Assembly (NCBI GenBank): GCA_965153455.1 | Contig: OZ234493.1 | Coordinates: forward strand, 5,704,001 to 5,768,000 | Reading direction: 5' to 3' | DNA length: 64,000 nucleotides | From: Sphagnum compactum | Lineage: Eukaryota | Part shown: positions 11,601 through 22,350 of the stretch, piece after piece | Layout of the letters: each line of letters begins with the position of its first letter | Numbering within the stretch: the first letter of the stretch is position 1 | The notes under the pieces: generated by a model | Seen by the model: only the letters and a program-made list of their open reading frames with translations | Databases searched by the model: none | What the model was told of the DNA's origin: nothing | Position numbers and translations under genes: made by a program

Positions 11601-14494
11601 AAATTCACTATTGAAGCAATACATGGCTAAATTGTGATAAAATTATAAACTAAACTAGGTTCTTTAAATTGAAATTGGCTAATAAAATGATTGGTCTTAT
11701 GCGATTGTAATTATTTTTTTAATCATTTTTGTTAGTTATATGAATCATAAGGTTGACTACTATTTGTTAAGGACATTTTTAGTTGTTTTTTTTCATATTG
11801 TTGGACATTGTAATTGCATAGAACAAGTCATGAAAGACATGTTTTGGCATATGAACACTTTTGACCAATTAATAAATGTAATTTTGTTGAAATTAGTGTA
11901 ATGAATCATGAATCATGATGTTGACTATTAGTTGTAACACCTTGTTGACACATGGCATGCCATATCATCATCATTAGAAATTGAGTGGTTATTAGTTACT
12001 ATTAGTTTAAAAAATAAATGGTATTGTTTAATTCATAAATTTAAATCATTCAAATATATTAATATAAATTTAAAAAATACCCAAAGATTGAACAAGTTGT
12101 CATATTGCTTATAATCGCAAAACCATGATGCCATGTAACATCTTAATGTCCTTTGCAATTAGATAGTAATTTTTTTTGTGATTATGTAGTTATAAACATA
12201 ATTGAAAAATACAATAGTCATTTTTTAAACCGGTCACAAAAACCCAAGATGTGTTGTTGTGATTAGTTTTTTAAAAAATAATCACGATAACAAAAACATC
12301 ATGTGCACCTTTTGACATCCAAAGGTTGGACATATAAATGGCAAGCATATCATTAAGGTGGATTGGACATGGTCTATCAAAGTTTTTTACACCAAGGTGG
12401 ACAAGACTTCATCCACAAAAAACTCTTTGAGGAGAAAACAATATTTGTACACTAGTCTATGCAATTGAAAGATTTGATGGTCTTCAAATAGGTAATAACA
12501 CATTATGGTGGACCACTTGTGACAATGGAAAGTCCATTAGAAGTCCACATTTCTATATATTTTGGAGTTTAATGATACTCATAAAATAAGGTCAACTTTC
12601 ATTTAAAAGAATGAGATGATGTTAAAATAAAATGATTTTCCCTTTTTTCCCTTATACCACCCTACTAAAACCTTTCTAAATATTTTTAATGTAAAAAAGT
12701 CTTGAAAAAAAAACTGTTTATGTGGGTAAATGGACTTTGCAAAACACGAATAGTCTAAGGTCATTAAATGGAATTATGACAAGACAAGATTTTTCTTTCT
12801 ATATTTTTGACCTTAAATGCCATAGACCTTTGAAATAACATGCCCCATAATCTTGAATAATTCCATACAATGGTTATAAGCAACAAATCCATAACTGGGT
12901 CAGGACCAATACATAATTGAATTGAAAAATCCATCACTAATTGGATATTGATGGTTTTGGTGCAAGTCTTTCAAAGTTGAAGGGTTAACTCATAATGTTT
13001 CAATAAATTGAATCCCTTTTTTATTTTTTTCATTTCAACAACTATGCAATAATATTTGTCAAACTCAAAAAAATGAACATTTGGATGTCCAAAAAAGTCC
13101 ATTGTAATGCAAACAACATTATGTTTTGAAGGAGTTTTTTGTGTCTTGATAACTTTTATGAATGTATTAGTGAAAGAAATAATGTTTTTAATGTTTTTAA
13201 AAACTCAAATATTAATGCTTAGATTTAGGGCTAAATATATATAATCGTTCGATGATGAAATTAAGTTATAAACTTAATATGCATTTGGGTCAAATGTAAG
13301 TTGAAAACATAATGTTGGTCAAGGAGAGTACAATGTTCACACAAAGAAAGTGAAAATGCTGAAAAATCAAGTGGAGGCATTTTTACAACTTTCAATATGA
13401 ATTTTCACTTTGAGAGTTGAATTTTTTAGGAGCCCTAGATGTTCAAAATAAAGTTTTAAAAATCAAACATAAAAAATCATTCGATGTTAAAAACCTTATT
13501 GTCATACATTATTGTTGCCTATCCTTGTGCAAGGACGTTTGGGTTTTCATGAATTCTCATTGGGGAAATTGTAAATGCCAATGACAAGAAATTTTCAAGA
13601 ATTTGTATATGGGTGATATTTTGGAATCTATCACATGGTCTTCTTTTGGACAAATTTAAAAACATTTCCTTTCGGATAATTGTCCTTGGCCACTTTCAAA
13701 GGCAATTGCCTCACTTCTTTATTAAAAACCACCTCCTTTTCTACTAACTATCTTCATCCTTATAATTATATCATTTTTTTCATACATCAACATGGATATG
13801 AAAAGACAAATCAACATGTGTTTTTTCATGTCCATGATATTTATATTAGTTCGAATTAAATTTGACATTGACTTAAATAATGATGAATTTTTGAAAACAT
13901 AAGGAAAAAATAAGTTGATTTTCATTGGTAACATGTAGCAACGTGGAGCCCAAATTTGATGTAAAGTGTGCGATGAAGAAGTGAGATGATAAAGTTTTTA
14001 TGTTCAATTGAGTGTGCAATCACGAGGTGAATGGAGAATGGTGAATTCAAATTGTCCATTAATCCTTGGTCACAAACTTTCACATGTGTATATATTTACA
14101 CATTCAAAAACTTGGGTTTTGTGGCTATGCTATATACCAAAATTTAGCAAGAATGTTTTCGTATTTAAAAAGGGTTCCAAAACGTGGTTTTAGAATGTGC
14201 GATATTAGATTAGCTACCTTAATTGATTTATTAAAAAAAAACACCGTTGTCTACATTCAATGAAAGCCAAACCAAGATGGAAACAAATCCATAAATGAAA
14301 CAAAACATAACTCAACTCTAGACTCTCAAAAACCTATTGTGATGCACACACACATATAACATAGCCAATGCTAAAAATACAACTTGTACTTGTGAGAGTT
14401 TCAAAAGAACCTTAACACTTTACTATTAAATAATGCAAAAATGAACAAATCATATTCAATTTTGTCCCGTAATTAATTCCCTTAATTGGGTATA

Positions 14495-15049
14495 CACTAA
14501 TTGAAATATGAAATGTTCATTAACAAGACCCAAAAAAATAGCAATCGAACTAATTACAAACTAGTTCACATTGAATAAAACATCACACCAAAACATATGT
14601 AATTTTTACAACAAAACAAAAAATGTTTCGAAATGTCAGCGATATCACTAGATTTTGAATGAATTCATTAGTCACAATGATCAAGACTTAATAAAAATGT
14701 AGAGAATTCACTAGCCACAATGAATAGCCACAATGAATAGGACTTATATAGTGAGAATACAATGAATTCACTGGTTTAGTGAACGAGGACTAACGAACTA
14801 CACCCACATTTGGTTTAGTGAACGAGGACTAACGAATTACACCCACATTTGGTCTAGTGAACGAGGACTAACGAATTACACCCACATTTGGTTTAGTGAA
14901 GGAGGACTAATGAACTACACCCACATTTGGTTTAGTGCACGAGGACTAATGAACTACACCCACATTTGGTTTAGTGCACGAGGACTAATGAACTACACCC
15001 GCATTTGGTTTAGTGGACGAGAACTAATGAACTACACCCACATTTTGTA
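14495..15049 (+). mobile_element. Left long inverted repeat starting CACTA, with subterminal tandem repeats
   Basis: CACTAATTGAAATATGA at 14495 is the exact reverse complement of 20908-20924. Similarity continues inward over several hundred bp. Confidence 0.7.
14772..15044. repeat. 39-bp minisatellite, 7 copies
   Basis: Unit TGGTTTAGTGAACGAGGACTAA(C/T)GAACTACACCCACATT starts at 14772, 14811, 14850, 14889, 14928, 14967 and 15006. Confidence 0.97.
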
Positions 15050-15184
15050 GAAGATGATGCGAGGTTTTTAACATCGAATATGGATTCATTGAATTTTTCT
15101 TGGGTGGCATGTTGAGCTGACGCTCTAAATCTGCAACAATCTTTTGAATGCACATGAGTTGGAAGCTTTTTGATCTCCATCAAT

Positions 15185-15345
15185 GGACTGCAGTTTCAGA
15201 TGCCATAGTGGGCTTCACTGATGCTCCAAGCTTTACTTAGACCCTGATTCTGGTGTATCTGCAATCATGATGGACATGTACCAAAACATGGGCAATCTGC
15301 TTGCACTTCAGTGGTATTTAGGATCTGATGCTCACAACATTCTTC
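15185..15345 (+). pseudogene. Fragment of a SAC-domain (FIG4/SAC1-5-type) phosphoinositide phosphatase exon
   Basis: Translates, with a frameshift, as VGFTDAPS / LDPDSGVSAIMMDMYQNMGNLLALQWYLGSDAHN. This matches my recollection of the plant SAC motif IDPDSSIAAALMDMYQSMGDALAQQYGGSAAHN. No other SAC exons are seen nearby. Confidence 0.7.
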
Positions 15346-15675
15346 ACAATCTCTTAGCAAACAGAGGTTGCCATCGAGCTGAGCAGCTCGACACCATCAT
15401 GGTTGAAACCTTTGAATAGCTCAGTCAGTCATTCTGTACAGGCATGTATGAGTTGTTGAAGAATCAACGATGTGGAGGAATTGTGTTGAAGAAATCAGTT
15501 GCTTTCCAGTGTCCCAGAAGTTGAAATCCGAAAAAGAAACAAGCTCGCACGTTTTTCGCTAAACCCTAAACCCTTTCAACCCTCAAGTGCATCCCCGTCA
15601 GGAAAAAGCTTTCCCGCAAAAAATCTGGTGTTGCGGGAGCGTGGAGCAAGTTGAAGGTGTTGGAAGTCTTTTGTG

Positions 15676-18196
15676 ATGCAACTACTGCAGCGATGGGCCT
15701 CTTGTCACGGAAGTTTTGCGGGAGCAATCGCAGCAGCTGCCATGCCTGCGCTCCTGGCCACTGGCCTCACTGCCTCGCCGGTCTTCAGGAAGCAGCCTGC
15801 CGCCGTATATCCCGTCACTGCTTTCCCCGGCGGGTGCTACAGTGAGAAGAAGAACGTGCTGGTCGTTTCTAGCGTAGGAAGCAGGAGGAGTAGCAGCAGC
15901 ATCATAGCTTCTTCTTCAGACAACACCCCTGCGGCAGGACTCATCTCTTCCATAAACAATGAACAGATTGGGAAGCACTCTGCTCACGTCACCGACCAAC
16001 TCTACCAATACATCTTGCAACATACGCGGGAACCAAAGGTGTGTGCTCTTTTCATTCTGATGTGTTTCCCGTTCACAGATTGAGCGCTTCCAAAGTGTTG
16101 CTTCTCTCCAGAAGAATTGTCTTAAGAGTGGGAAGTCGGAAAATTAGGTTTGAATCGACGGCAATGGCAAACACTTCTGTGGTTCTTCAACCAGTTTTTT
16201 GTTGTCTGGAAACAATTGTCAATCTTTCTCGTACCCTTTCTTCTTTAATATTCTTTCACAAATTGAGGCCATTTGTGTAATGATGAAGCCCAGCTGATTT
16301 CTGGAATTTGAGAGTCCCAGATTCTGCAACAACTGAGAGAGGAGACTGCCACATTGCCTGGCAGTCAGATGCAGGCAAGTGACAGTTTTACCTGTTACAG
16401 TCTGCTCTACAACCCTTAAACCCTAAACCTTGCACATTTGTACTTTATTGCACATTGCTGTAATATTCTCAATATGGATGCCTGGTTTGATCCTCAACAC
16501 AATCCTGAGAGGTCTGCTCTCTGATTTTCCATCTCTGTAGGTCAGGAAGAAGGAGGTGCTGATTGCCATCACTGTGACATGGAACAGGTTTCTCCAGATC
16601 AGGCTCAGTTCTTGGCAATGCTGGTGCAAATTATGGGAGCAGAGCGCTGCATTGAAGTTGGAGTGTTTCATGTAAGCAGACTTGAAGTTTCTGCATTCAG
16701 TCTGTCTTCCCTTATTTTCTTCTCAATGCTTGCTTGCATAGGAGGCCAAAATCTAGGTTAGAGTCTGCTCTCTAGGAGCAGACCCGCCTCTTCTCCCTGG
16801 AATCTGTTTCCTTCCTTCACATCACTTTTGCCTACTCAAGAGTGTAGAGCAAGGATCAACAGCAATGTGAGTAAGCAGACTTTGTGAAAGAAGTTGGGGG
16901 ATTGGGTGCAGGGCTATTCCTCACTTGCTGTTGCTTTGGTGCTGCCAGAATGGGGTCGACTGGTGGCTTGTGAGAGGGATGAGAGATGTCTCGATATAGC
17001 AAGGAAGTATTATGAACGTGCAGGTGTGACTCACAAGGTGTGTTTGTTTTATCGGGTTGCAAACTCTAGTTGTGCTGCTATGTGTGTATGGTGAGCAGTG
17101 AACTAGAACAATCAGGTGGCGAATGTGTACAAGTGGAGCAAAGGTTGGTTATAATATTCTCTTATCTGGGTGGGAGTAGGTGGATGTGAGGCATGGATTT
17201 GCAATGGACTCTTTGCAGTATTTGCTTGACAATGGTGAAGGTGGCAGGTACTGCAGCCACCTTATAGGTTTACAAGCACTTGTTTCCTTCTAATAAGAGG
17301 GGAATTTGTATGGTCACTGAAAAGGAGGCCAGCAAAAGTCTTGTCTTTTCCCTATGTAACTTGACGATCGACTACAGTTGTCTTTCTAAATGTGTGATCA
17401 CTTACAGATGTTTGTTTAATGTACAGTTATGACTTCGCCTTTTTAGATGCTGATAAGAGGATGTACCACCAGTACTATGAGATGCTTCTTCAGTTGGTAT
17501 GTAGATCTGGCCAGTCACATCTCTGTGTGGGAGGATAAGACTGACAGAGGAAAGAATTCAGATCCTGAAAAGAACATGCTGTCATGTCCCTTGTGGCATA
17601 TTTCCATTAAGCGTCTGCATGTGATTTAAGGCTGTTGTCCTTTATATTACCACATTAACGTGTGAATTGTTGTCCAAGTTTCTTCATCTGGTACATGAAT
17701 GTCTTCAATTGTAAATTGACCAAGAGTCGATGGCAGGTCAGATGCAATGGATTGATAGTTGTGGACAACATCTTGTGGTATGGGAGAACTGCAAACCCCT
17801 TGGTATGACCCTCAATGCATGATGTTTCATTTCTGGTTTTTATTCTTCTTCCACTGAAACAAATAGCATAAGACTGATTTTCTTTAGAGCAATTTTTTAT
17901 GGAGGCCTAACTATGACCTGTTGCTGAATTAGGTGGCAGACAAGAGGACACAGTCTCTTCGGGATTTCAATCAGTTTCTTCTGTCAGATGAGCGTATTTG
18001 CATAAGCATGGTGAGCAGCAGTCTTCACCTCTTCTGTGATGTTCCTCCACAAATAGTGTCATGAGAGGATGTTTGAGATGTTCCAGCGTACTTCCTCCTT
18101 CAGTCATTAAGAGTTGTGCCTGATGATGGGTTGTTGTCATTGCACATGCCACAGGTGCCTATTGGTGATGGCATGACACTATGCAGGAAGCGATGA
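15676..18196 (+). CDS. Class I (CCoAOMT-like / MdmC-like) SAM-dependent O-methyltransferase with putative transit peptide
   Basis: Exons 15676-16038, 16321-16374 (GC donor), 16588-16671, 16912-17037, 17180-17247, 17427-17496, 17737-17802, 17933-18010, 18155-18196. Motifs: MQVSPDQAQ, CIEVGVFHGYSSL, YDFAFLDADK, GLIVVDNILWYG, VPIGDGMTLCRKR*. The start could instead be the ATG at 15742. Confidence 0.93.
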
Positions 18197-18466
18197 TACA
18201 CGAGAACTTTGAGTGCCTAGTTATTCTTCTCAAGGAATCAATTTACCATTAGTAACTTGTCTCAGTGGCAGCAGAGTTAAGTCCCAGAGATGTTCCCTTC
18301 TATTACAGCCACAGATAGTAACCCAGGTTCCAGCCAAAATTTTGTGAGTTCATACTGCTGTGAACACAACCGCTCATCGTGAAAACATACTTTAAGAAGA
18401 ACCCTGGACAGCATCAAAGCAAGAAAGGTGGGTACGCACTTGTTAAAAAAATCAGCTGGAGGAAAT

Positions 18467-20169
18467 CTAAGATGAGCTTTGTGCTTTCTTGAAATCAATC
18501 TTGTCAACTTTCACCTCACCATCAATGAGCTCATACACATATACAATGACCCGTAAGCCATCAATATCCATGAGAACAAAACTTTGGTTGATATCGTAAG
18601 TTATGCTGCTGTAAGCCCCAGTGGCTGAGCCAGGGTTGATTATCACCCCTCCTTCATGCTTGTATGCCTTGAACTGGTGTGTGTGGCCTGTGATCAAAAT
18701 GTCTACATCCAGCTGCCGCTGCAGCATTGCTAGTGAATCCAAGTCTCCCCAAGGAATCACCTTCTCACAGACCAACAGAGTTAAACAGATGAGTGCAAGG
18801 ACATGTCAACTACTTAGCAGTCATCAGACTTGAAATGTAAACTGCCACCCCTTGGCAGATTGTCTGGGTGGCACATACAACCCCTGGTTCTATCAGAGGA
18901 CCACTTCCACCGCATTGAAATTTAGGTACAGAGATAACTAAAATTCTATGAAATCAATGAAAACAATTGCTTCACCCACTAACACTAAGGCCTTGGGGTG
19001 GCAGATATTGTCATTTTCTTGATTGCATTATATGAAATAATGTTCTGGTCACGATCATATGCACTAGTAACAGTGACATAATGATTGTGTTAGTTGAACA
19101 TAATGATTTTGTAAATCATTGAATCTGCCACCCAGACCTTAATGTCATTGAATGGTCTCACCCTTGCCCATTATGCTGGGTGAGGTGCCAGGTGAGTTAT
19201 ATTGGGTGTCACCTTGCTCACCCTAACAAGCTCACCTGGTGCCTTACCCAACAGAATGGGCAGGGGCTCGATCATTCCATCGTTCATCAGCATCAGCAAG
19301 ATGGAGAAGTAACAGGAACCGGCAGACTGTTATAGTCACACCTGATGGCCATGGCAGATGCCAAGCTTAAATGCACCAATAGTCAGCTGCTTTGTCTCAG
19401 GGTATCGAGAATCATCATCATACTCTCCTCGTGTGATGTGCACATCCCCACACAATGACTTCAAATAGTCATGTACTTCCTGCCATTGTCCCCCACCGTT
19501 GTTTTCAGGGTCAAATTCTTTGCTCAGCCTTTGTTCCACATGACATGGAGTTGCCCTAGCAAAAGGAGATGGGTGAAAACCGTGAAATTGGTGAGAGAAG
19601 ACAGTGGTCCCTAGCATAGAAAAGGAAAGCGGGTAAAAAACCTGGAAAGAAACAGCTAACTAGAGAGGGCAGTGAATGAGATTAGGCACGAGCAAGCGGT
19701 GGAGTGCGAGATGAAGCAGTCATAAACAGATAAATCGAGAGAGGAAAAGTTGACTATAAAAATTATGGCTATGCGAAACACGAGAACATGAAGAAGAGAA
19801 ACCCTCGGGAACACACCAACGATCATTCAGCAGAACATCAGAATTACAGTCAAGCTTGCCAGGCAAACACAGTTGTATTCAACACGGAAAATGAAGGTCG
19901 ATCTGTAAGGAAATACCATTGAAACAGGAGCGTATGTGGAGGTAGAGAATTGTAAACATCGCAAAAAAGCAGGAGGTCTGAAAAAAGCCGGAAAGAAGAG
20001 AAGAGGAGAGCAGAGGAGGGGGCAGGCAGACATGCACCTTGATACATAAGTTACCAGGGCTGAGAATGTGTTGGATCTTTCCGGGTACTAGCATGGACTT
20101 GAACTTGGCGGGCAGATCGGCCGCCCTGTGTGGTATGTGCAGATCGCCCAACGCCAACACCAGCACCAT
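18467..20169 (-). CDS. VPS29: Vacuolar protein sorting 29 (retromer subunit)
   Basis: Exons 20169-20038, 19479-19342, 18760-18467. Sequence [35 protein letters not shown]...[13 protein letters not shown]...DILITGHTH...[11 protein letters not shown]. Confidence 0.97.
18978..19148. repeat. Foldback with ~27-bp imperfect terminal inverted repeats in VPS29 intron 2
   Basis: AACACTAAGGCCTTGGGGTGGCAGAT pairs with ATCTGCCACCCAGACCTTAATGTCATT. Confidence 0.55.
19161..19266. repeat. ~106-nt hairpin (MITE-like) in VPS29 intron 2
   Basis: Arm CCCTTGCCCATTATGCTGGGTGAGGTGCCAGGTGAG... aligns with the reverse complement of the right arm (CCCCTGCCCATTCTGTTGGGTAAGGCACCAGGTGAG...). Arms are ~48 bp with a ~10-nt loop. 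Confidence 0.8.
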
Positions 20170-20515
20170 CTTCTAATTCTTCTTCTTCCCCGTCGCGCAA
20201 GACCTCTCCTTCCCTTCCCCCCAAAAACACCAAAACGACGAAACGCACCAAAAAAACCAAACGCACTCACGCACGCACGCAGGCTCGCGCGCTCGAGCGC
20301 CAGAAGAACACACGTTCCCAGTTCCACATTTTGCGTTCGCTTGTTCCACGGGCGATATGTTGCCGACGTCGTGCAGTTCCCAATTGTTTTTTTCCCACGT
20401 TCTCCACAATTCCTGGCAGTTGGAAAACCCGTGTTCACACTGTGACCGGTAATGCATTAGTTAGTTAGTAATTTTACTCTCTAAGTGTGCTTAAATGTGG
20501 AAAGAAATGAGTATA

Positions 20516-20924
20516 TACAAAATGTGGATATAATTCATTAATTTCTGTTCATTAGACCAATGAATTCATTGTATCCCCATTAGGTTTTGTTCAGTATGAT
20601 CACTGAATTCACTCAAAATCTAGTGAAATCACTTCACATATAGAGACACATTTTGTTTTGTTGTAAAATTACATATGTTTTTATTCAAAATCCAATGAAT
20701 TCACTTGGCATATAAGAACACCTTTTGTTTTGTTATAAAATTACATATGTTTTCATTCAAAATCTAATGAAATCACTTGACATATAGGAACACCTTTTGT
20801 TTCGTTGAAGAATTATGTATGTTTTGATGTGATATTTGATTCAATGTGAATTGGTTTGTAGTTAGTTTGATTGCTACTTTCTTGGGTCTAGTTAGTTAGT
20901 GAGCATGTCATATTTCAATTAGTG
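20516..20924 (-). mobile_element. Right long inverted repeat ending TAGTG, with three ~72-bp internal tandem units
   Basis: Reverse complement of 14495-15049. It has one copy of the 39-bp unit and about three copies of a ~72-bp unit (20620-20825). Confidence 0.7.
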
Positions 20925-21685
20925 TATCATATGATAGTTGATCTTAATACTATAATGTGACTACTGAAAGTGATGTAAATATTGTTTTGTGATTTTTTTT
21001 TAGTGTAGTGGAATGGTGACAATTTTATAATTAAAGTTGTTGGTAATGTCATGAATTTGCAACTATGTGATGAATTTTTTTTAATGGTATTATTCAATGA
21101 AATAAATATATAGTTATTATTTTTTTGACTATAAGAAGTACCAATGATACCATATTGCAACTACCAACAATATGCATAATAATGCAATGTAACTGACTAC
21201 ATTTAATACATTTTCATTTGTGAATGTTGGAATTCATTACAATATGGTATTGATTTATAACTAAGGCAATGGATGAAATGCTAACTTACAACTAACAAAC
21301 ATGGTGATAAGCCTGGTGATGGAGCATGCCTACAATTATGTTGTGTAAAGTCCACACCACAAATGATATTTTTATTCATAACATTATAAATTGTGAAACA
21401 TGAAACATGAAGATCAACGTGAACAAGCCCATGTTGTAAAACACTTTAAAACTAATATTTATCAAATTGAAAATAATGGGTTTACATTATGTGTTGAATT
21501 TATATTTGGCATGGGAGGGGAGGAAAAAACCATGGAAACTTGTTTACAACCATCCAATAATGTAAACCTCCCCAAACACATTCATAAAACATCCATTATG
21601 GATGAAATGTGAACATTCATTGATGAACTTTCATATGTGATTATTGAATTAAATCAAAATTGAATGATTATATGAACTATGTAGG

Positions 21686-21965
21686 GGATGGATGGTTTTG
21701 TGAGCATAGTTGGTTCTTAGGAAAGCCATCATCATCCATGAAAAAGGAATGGACGAGTTGTGATCATAGGTGGTCCTTAGGAGAACCATCGTCCGATGAA
21801 AAAGAGATGTAATGGATGATGAGTTGGGAGCATAGGGTAGTGCTTGGGAAAGCCATCATCCATTTAAGAGGGATGGGCGGATTGTGAGCCATCATCGAGT
21901 CAAATGGGATGGATGGGTTGTAAGCCATAGGTGGGTCCTTCCGGGTCGGAAACCATCATCCATGT
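21686..21965. repeat. Degenerate ~60-bp tandem repeat with internal inverted motifs (GGATGG...CCATC)
   Basis: Four to five units of GGATGGA...GTGAGCATAGGTGGT(C/T)CTTAGGAAAGCCATCATCC upstream of CAP1. Confidence 0.7.
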
Positions 21966-22350
21966 ACATTGGTCCATCATCACCACATGGGGTTCATTTA
22001 CTAAACTTGACTGCATAACCCTAAGGTTACGTTACGTAGGATAATAATGCCTTTGTGGATGAACACTGTCCTCTTGAATAGATGAAGAGTAAGTTGGTAT
22101 GTAGGGTGAATTTTTTTCATCCATCCCAAGGACGCGTTTTCATCCACGTCGTCGCCCCCTGCTGGGGGGGAGAGGAGAGACGGAGTCTTTATTCACGTTC
22201 TGAGGTCTCCTCCTCCGCCATCGCCTCGGCGTCTAACCTCCTCGGCTTCATGCCTTTCTCCCCGGCTTGTTTCTCGGAATTTACTAGTTCTGGCAGCGCT
22301 CACAGCAAGCAGGAGTGTGTAGCTTTCAGTGGATCCAAAAGCCGAGAGAT

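Noticed and set aside
12300-14300. Possible additional transposase remnant
   Set aside because: It looks like decayed coding DNA, but I could not recover any diagnostic motif.
14772-15044. CRISPR-like array of 39-bp repeats
   Set aside because: The units are contiguous with no unique spacers, there are no cas genes, and the context is eukaryotic. It is a minisatellite.
20051-20468. Cluster of overlapping ORFs near the VPS29 start
   Set aside because: These arise from the GC-rich 5' UTR and promoter of VPS29.
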